From contig CM121342.1 in NCBI GenBank assembly GCA_051530055.1, positions 11,485,480 through 11,549,479 on the forward strand: 64,000 nucleotides of DNA. Direction: 5' to 3'. The notes below the pieces were generated by a model. It was not told where the DNA came from, did not search any database, and was given only the letters and a program-made list of their open reading frames with translations. Each line of letters starts with the position of its first letter. The first letter of the stretch is position 1. Positions 60,340 through 64,000 of this stretch are shown here, one piece after another. Position numbers and translations under genes: made by a program. Source of the stretch: Neoechinorhynchus agilis (lineage: Eukaryota > Animalia > Acanthocephala).

Positions 60340-63300
60340 ATGACAGAGCTTTCTCATAGTTCGGACGAACACAGCGACAACGAAAATAATGGGAATCGCG
60401 ATGTTCACGTCCTTGAAACCGCCGAAGATATTCGCACAAGACGTGAACAGGTTCTCAGTAGGTTCAATCACTTCAAAGAAGCGGCACAGAAGCGTCGTGT
60501 CAAACTCGAGGAATCTCGTCATTTCCAATATTTCAAACGAGATGCAGATGAGCTCATTGGCTGGATAAATGATCGTATCTCATTCTTCGCAAAAGAAGAT
60601 GATTCTGACGATATCACCGAACTAATGGCTCGAATCCAGAAACAAGAGCCTTATGAACAAGAAGTTTCTTCGCGTAAGAGTGCAATTGATAGTTTGGCGA
60701 AACAAGCCGATGCTATGGTCTCCGATCGTCATTATGCTTCATTGCAAATAGAAAATAGAGTGGATTCCATTCATGAACAATGGCAGGTATTGTCTGGTTG
60801 TCTTGTTGACCGAGCCGAGCGCCTTCGTCTAGCTTTAGACTTGGCTAATTTTCGCAATGATTGTGAAAACATGCTTAGATGGATGGCGGAACGTGAACAA
60901 TTCATTCGAAGTACAGATCAAGACGTTCATTTGAGTCTGGAACAAGTTAAAACATTGCAGAAGAAGTACGAGGAGTTTCAGAAGGAACTTGCTAATCACG
61001 AATATGAAGTGATTGATTTGAATAAGGAAGCCGATCATCTTGTAGACTCCGGGCATCCAAGTGCCTTTCAGATCCGCCAATTTCAAAGAGACGTGAATGA
61101 TACATGGCAGCGGTTAAAACAACTCTCAGTTCATCGTCAGGAACGTTTATTCGGTGCTCATGAGACTCAGAGAATTACTCGTGAACTATCTGATATTTTG
61201 GTTTGGTTAGTTGATAAAAAGAATCAACTTATTGCGGATTCGGGTTACGGGGAAGATCTTGCTTCAGTTCAACTTCTTCAACGGAAACATGATATTCTTG
61301 AAAGGGAAATTAAATTAATGAGAGATAAAATCCGTTGCGTTCAAAAAGACTGTGACCGAGTTGCTGCTACTGTTACAAATGACGAAGAAACTGCGGATAT
61401 GAATTTTATGAATGATAGAATGAAACTAGTCAATGAAATCTGGGAGGAAATAATTACCCGGTGTGAATCCAGAAAGGTAGAACTGTCCTGCGCTTTGAAA
61501 TATCAAAAGTTCTTAAGTGAATATCGAGATTTATCTGCCTGGTACGCTGAAATGGCGAATATCTTGGAAACTCGTGAATTGGCGGACGACGTGAGTGGTG
61601 CCGAAGCGTTGCTTGAGAGGCATCATGAGTATAAGGGAGAGTTAGAAGCCCGAGATGATACAATAAGGAGTTTAGTGATTCTTGGTGATGAGCTATGTTC
61701 AAATGCACGTGAGTTCTCTCTACCTGAAGTTGCGGAAAGCGAACGTGATCGAGTAAAGGAATCAATGACAAAACTAAAGAAACAAAGAACACTCCTGCAG
61801 GACCTTTGGGAGAAAAAATGCCTTCAACTTACCGAAGTAATGAACTTTCAGCTATTTTTAAGAGATGCTGAACAAGCGGAAAGTTGGATCTTGAAGCAGC
61901 AGGTCTATTTACTTGACGGGGATGTTGGTGATTCATATGATGATGTTGAGGCTCTTCTTCGGAAACACGACGATTTTGAGAAGTCGTTGGCTGCTCACGA
62001 AGAGAAGGCCAAAGCATTGGACGAATTCGCGAATTGTCTTCTTGAGTCCCAGTCTTATAATAATGATGAGATTAGACAGAAAAGGGATGAAATGCGGGAA
62101 TTACGGCGGAAGCTTTCAGATAAACTGAGAGAACGACGCGAAGCTTTGTCCATGAATATGAAAATTTTTTCATTTCAACGTGATGGAGATGAGTTTCAGT
62201 CTTGGGCTTACGAGAAACTAAAAATTGCAACTGTACAAGACTACTTGGATCCTGCGAACTTATCAGGAAAAAAACAAAAACACGAGCAGTTCGTGAGTGA
62301 AATTGAGGCTAGTCAGCCGAGATTAGAAGCTATTCTAAAGGCCGGCCGTGAACTACTTGACGATCCGCAAATCCGAGTTAGGAATGAAGATAAGATCGTT
62401 GAACAAATGGATGAGCTTCAGTCTCTTATTGAAAGATTGCTCAAATTGACAGAATTTAAAACGGAAAAGTTAAATGAGGCGCTAGAAGCTCAGACTTTTA
62501 TCCGAAACGCGGACGAACTTCACTTCTGGCTTGATGAAAGCCTCAGTCAAATCAATAGATCTAGGGACGATGGCGTGATAGATGTCGATAGTGTTTATTC
62601 TCTTATAAAGCACCATGAAGCTCTTGAGGCAGAGTTGGCTGTCAAGAAAGATCGTCTAGATCAACTCAGTGATCAGATAGCTCAATTCGAGCAAAACGAA
62701 CATTTTGATTGTACAAATCTTCTTCGCCGGCATGCTGCCTTATCCGAGAAATTCACGGCTTTTCTTCTTCCAATGGAAAATCGTAAAAAACAACTGCAAG
62801 TTTTGCTGCAGTTCAGAAAACTCCTTCGTGACCTCGAAGATGAACAGTACTGGGTGAAAGAGCAAGAACCACTGATCATGAGTGTTAATCGCGGGAAAGA
62901 TTTGATTGGAGCTCAGAATCTGTGTCGTCGGCATCGCGCATTGATTCAAGAAATTCTTAATCGTGAACCTCGGATTGAAGTTATATGCACGGAAGCTGAA
63001 AAACTTAGTGAGGCTGAAGACTACACGGCCGGTGAACTAAGACGAAACGTGATGGATTTGAAGGCAAGTTGGAAAGAGACGCGAGATCGCGTAGAGATTC
63101 GCCGTCAAGTTCTCGAAAACTCACTTCACGTTCAGCAGTATCTGGCGGACGCTGCTGAAGCAGAGAGCTGGATTCTTGAGAAGCAACCATTAGCTGAATC
63201 GATTGATTACGGCCGTGATGAGGATACATCATTTTCGCTTATTAAAAAGCACAAGGCAATGTTTAATGATATACGAAGGTTCGGCGCAGTCACCTTGGCC

Positions 63301-64000
63301 GATTTGAGAACGATGTTGAATAACTGCCTGGAGGAAGAAACCAGGATTTCGGAACAGTTCGAAGCTGCTGCGTGGAAGCCGCATTACGTCACGGCTCTTA
63401 GGGATTACGAGAAGCAGAGTGCTCGAGAAATTTCCATGAACACTGGTGATATTCTCCTTTTGTTGAACAGTTCGAGCCACAAGGATTGGTGGAAGGTTGA
63501 GTTAAATGACCGCCAAGGATTTGTCCCCGCTCAATATTTAAAAAAGATTGAACGGTGCCCTGTCGATAAAGAGATTGAACTCTATCAAACATTGAATGTA
63601 CGTCAGAATGACATTGAGAAATTATATGATACTTTATTGGACGCCTGTCGGTACCGAGAAGCCAAACTCGAAGAAAGTTGCGACGCCTTTAGAGTTATAC
63701 GAGAAGCCGGTGAGTTAATTTTGTGGATTGGCCAGAAGGAAGGCGAAGACAGAATGGGGGCTGTTGCTAGTACCTGTGAGGATGTTGAGGAACTTCAGCG
63801 GCGATTCGATGACTTTAAAAAGGAGCTTAGAATTAATGAGACTCGCGTAGGTGAACTGAACAAGATTGCTGAGAAATTGTTGAGTGTTGGTGGTAAAGAA
63901 ACTCAAGCTGCTCAGAGAATTGAGGAAGATATGCAGAAGCTGAACGCATGCTGGGAAAGATTGAAAAACAGAGCGGCCGAACGCGAGAACTATCTACAAG
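60340..64000 (+). CDS. alpha-Spec: Alpha-spectrin, 5' ~1220 codons (continues beyond the window), intronless here
   Basis: ATG at 60340. [51 protein letters not shown] is the alpha-spectrin N-terminus. Successive spectrin repeats follow, then an in-frame SH3 at ~63382-63550 ([45 protein letters not shown]). No stop was seen in the stretches translated. Confidence 0.97.
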   Translation, partial: MTELSHSSDEHSDNENNGNRDVHVLETAEDIRTRREQVLSRFNHFKEAAQKRRVKLEESRHFQYFKRDADELIGWINDRISFFAKEDDSDDITELMARIQKQEPYEQEVSSRKSAIDSLAKQADAMVSDRHYASLQIENRVDSIHEQWQVLSGCLVDRAERLRLALDLANFRNDCENMLRWMAEREQFIRSTDQDVHLSLEQVKTLQKKYEEFQKELANHEYEVIDLNKEADHLVDSGHPSAFQIRQFQRDVNDTWQRLKQLSVHRQERLFGAHETQRITRELSDILVWLVDKKNQLIADSGYGEDLASVQLLQRKHDILEREIKLMRDKIRCVQKDCDRVAATVTNDEETADMNFMNDRMKLVNEIWEEIITRCESRKVELSCALKYQKFLSEYRDLSAWYAEMANILETRELADDVSGAEALLERHHEYKGELEARDDTIRSLVILGDELCSNAREFSLPEVAESERDRVKESMTKLKKQRTLLQDLWEKKCLQLTEVMNFQLFLRDAEQAESWILKQQVYLLDGDVGDSYDDVEALLRKHDDFEKSLAAHEEKAKALDEFANCLLESQSYNNDEIRQKRDEMRELRRKLSDKLRERREALSMNMKIFSFQRDGDEFQSWAYEKLKIATVQDYLDPANLSGKKQKHEQFVSEIEASQPRLEAILKAGRELLDDPQIRVRNEDKIVEQMDELQSLIERLLKLTEFKTEKLNEALEAQTFIRNADELHFWLDESLSQINRSRDDGVIDVDSVYSLIKHHEALEAELAVKKDRLDQLSDQIAQFEQNEHFDCTNLLRRHAALSEKFTAFLLPMENRKKQLQVLLQFRKLLRDLEDEQYWVKEQEPLIMSVNRGKDLIGAQNLCRRHRALIQEILNREPRIEVICTEAEKLSEAEDYTAGELRRNVMDLKASWKETRDRVEIRRQVLENSLHVQQYLADAAEAESWILEKQPLAESIDYGRDEDTSFSLIKKHKAMFNDIRRFGAVTLADLRTMLNNCLEEETRISEQFEAAAWKPHYVTALRDYEKQSAREISMNTGDILLLLNSSSHKDWWKVELNDRQGFVPAQYLKKIERCPVDKEIELYQTLNVRQNDIEKLYDTLLDACRYREAKLEESCDAFRVIREAGELILWIGQKEGEDRMGAVASTCEDVEELQRRFDDFKKELRINETRVGELNKIAEKLLSVGGKETQAAQRIEEDMQKLNACWERLKNRAAERENYLQ

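Overview
This is AT-rich animal (invertebrate-like) genomic DNA. About 60 kb is a nested graveyard of decayed retroelements: Penelope-like RT/GIY-YIG elements, at least three CRE-type non-LTR subfamilies, Ty3/gypsy LTR elements and APE-type LINEs. It also holds a pogo/Tigger fragment, segmental duplications, and several broken copies of HIPK-like and PKA-like kinase genes. The only clearly intact gene is an alpha-spectrin that starts at 60340 and runs, without introns, off the end of the window. The most striking item is a tRNA-headed (Pol III A/B box) SINE-like element at 49657-49920. It contains a complete hammerhead ribozyme core whose three strands lie in a non-circularly permuted order (not type I, II or III). 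Related tail copies lie at 49435-49617 and 2480-2673. Other notable items are a gypsy element whose primer-binding site is complementary to its own LTR (Tf1-style self-priming) and a TSD-bounded LINE/CRE chimeric retro-insertion. All alignments, folds and identities were done by eye, and element boundaries are approximate unless a TSD or LTR edge is given.
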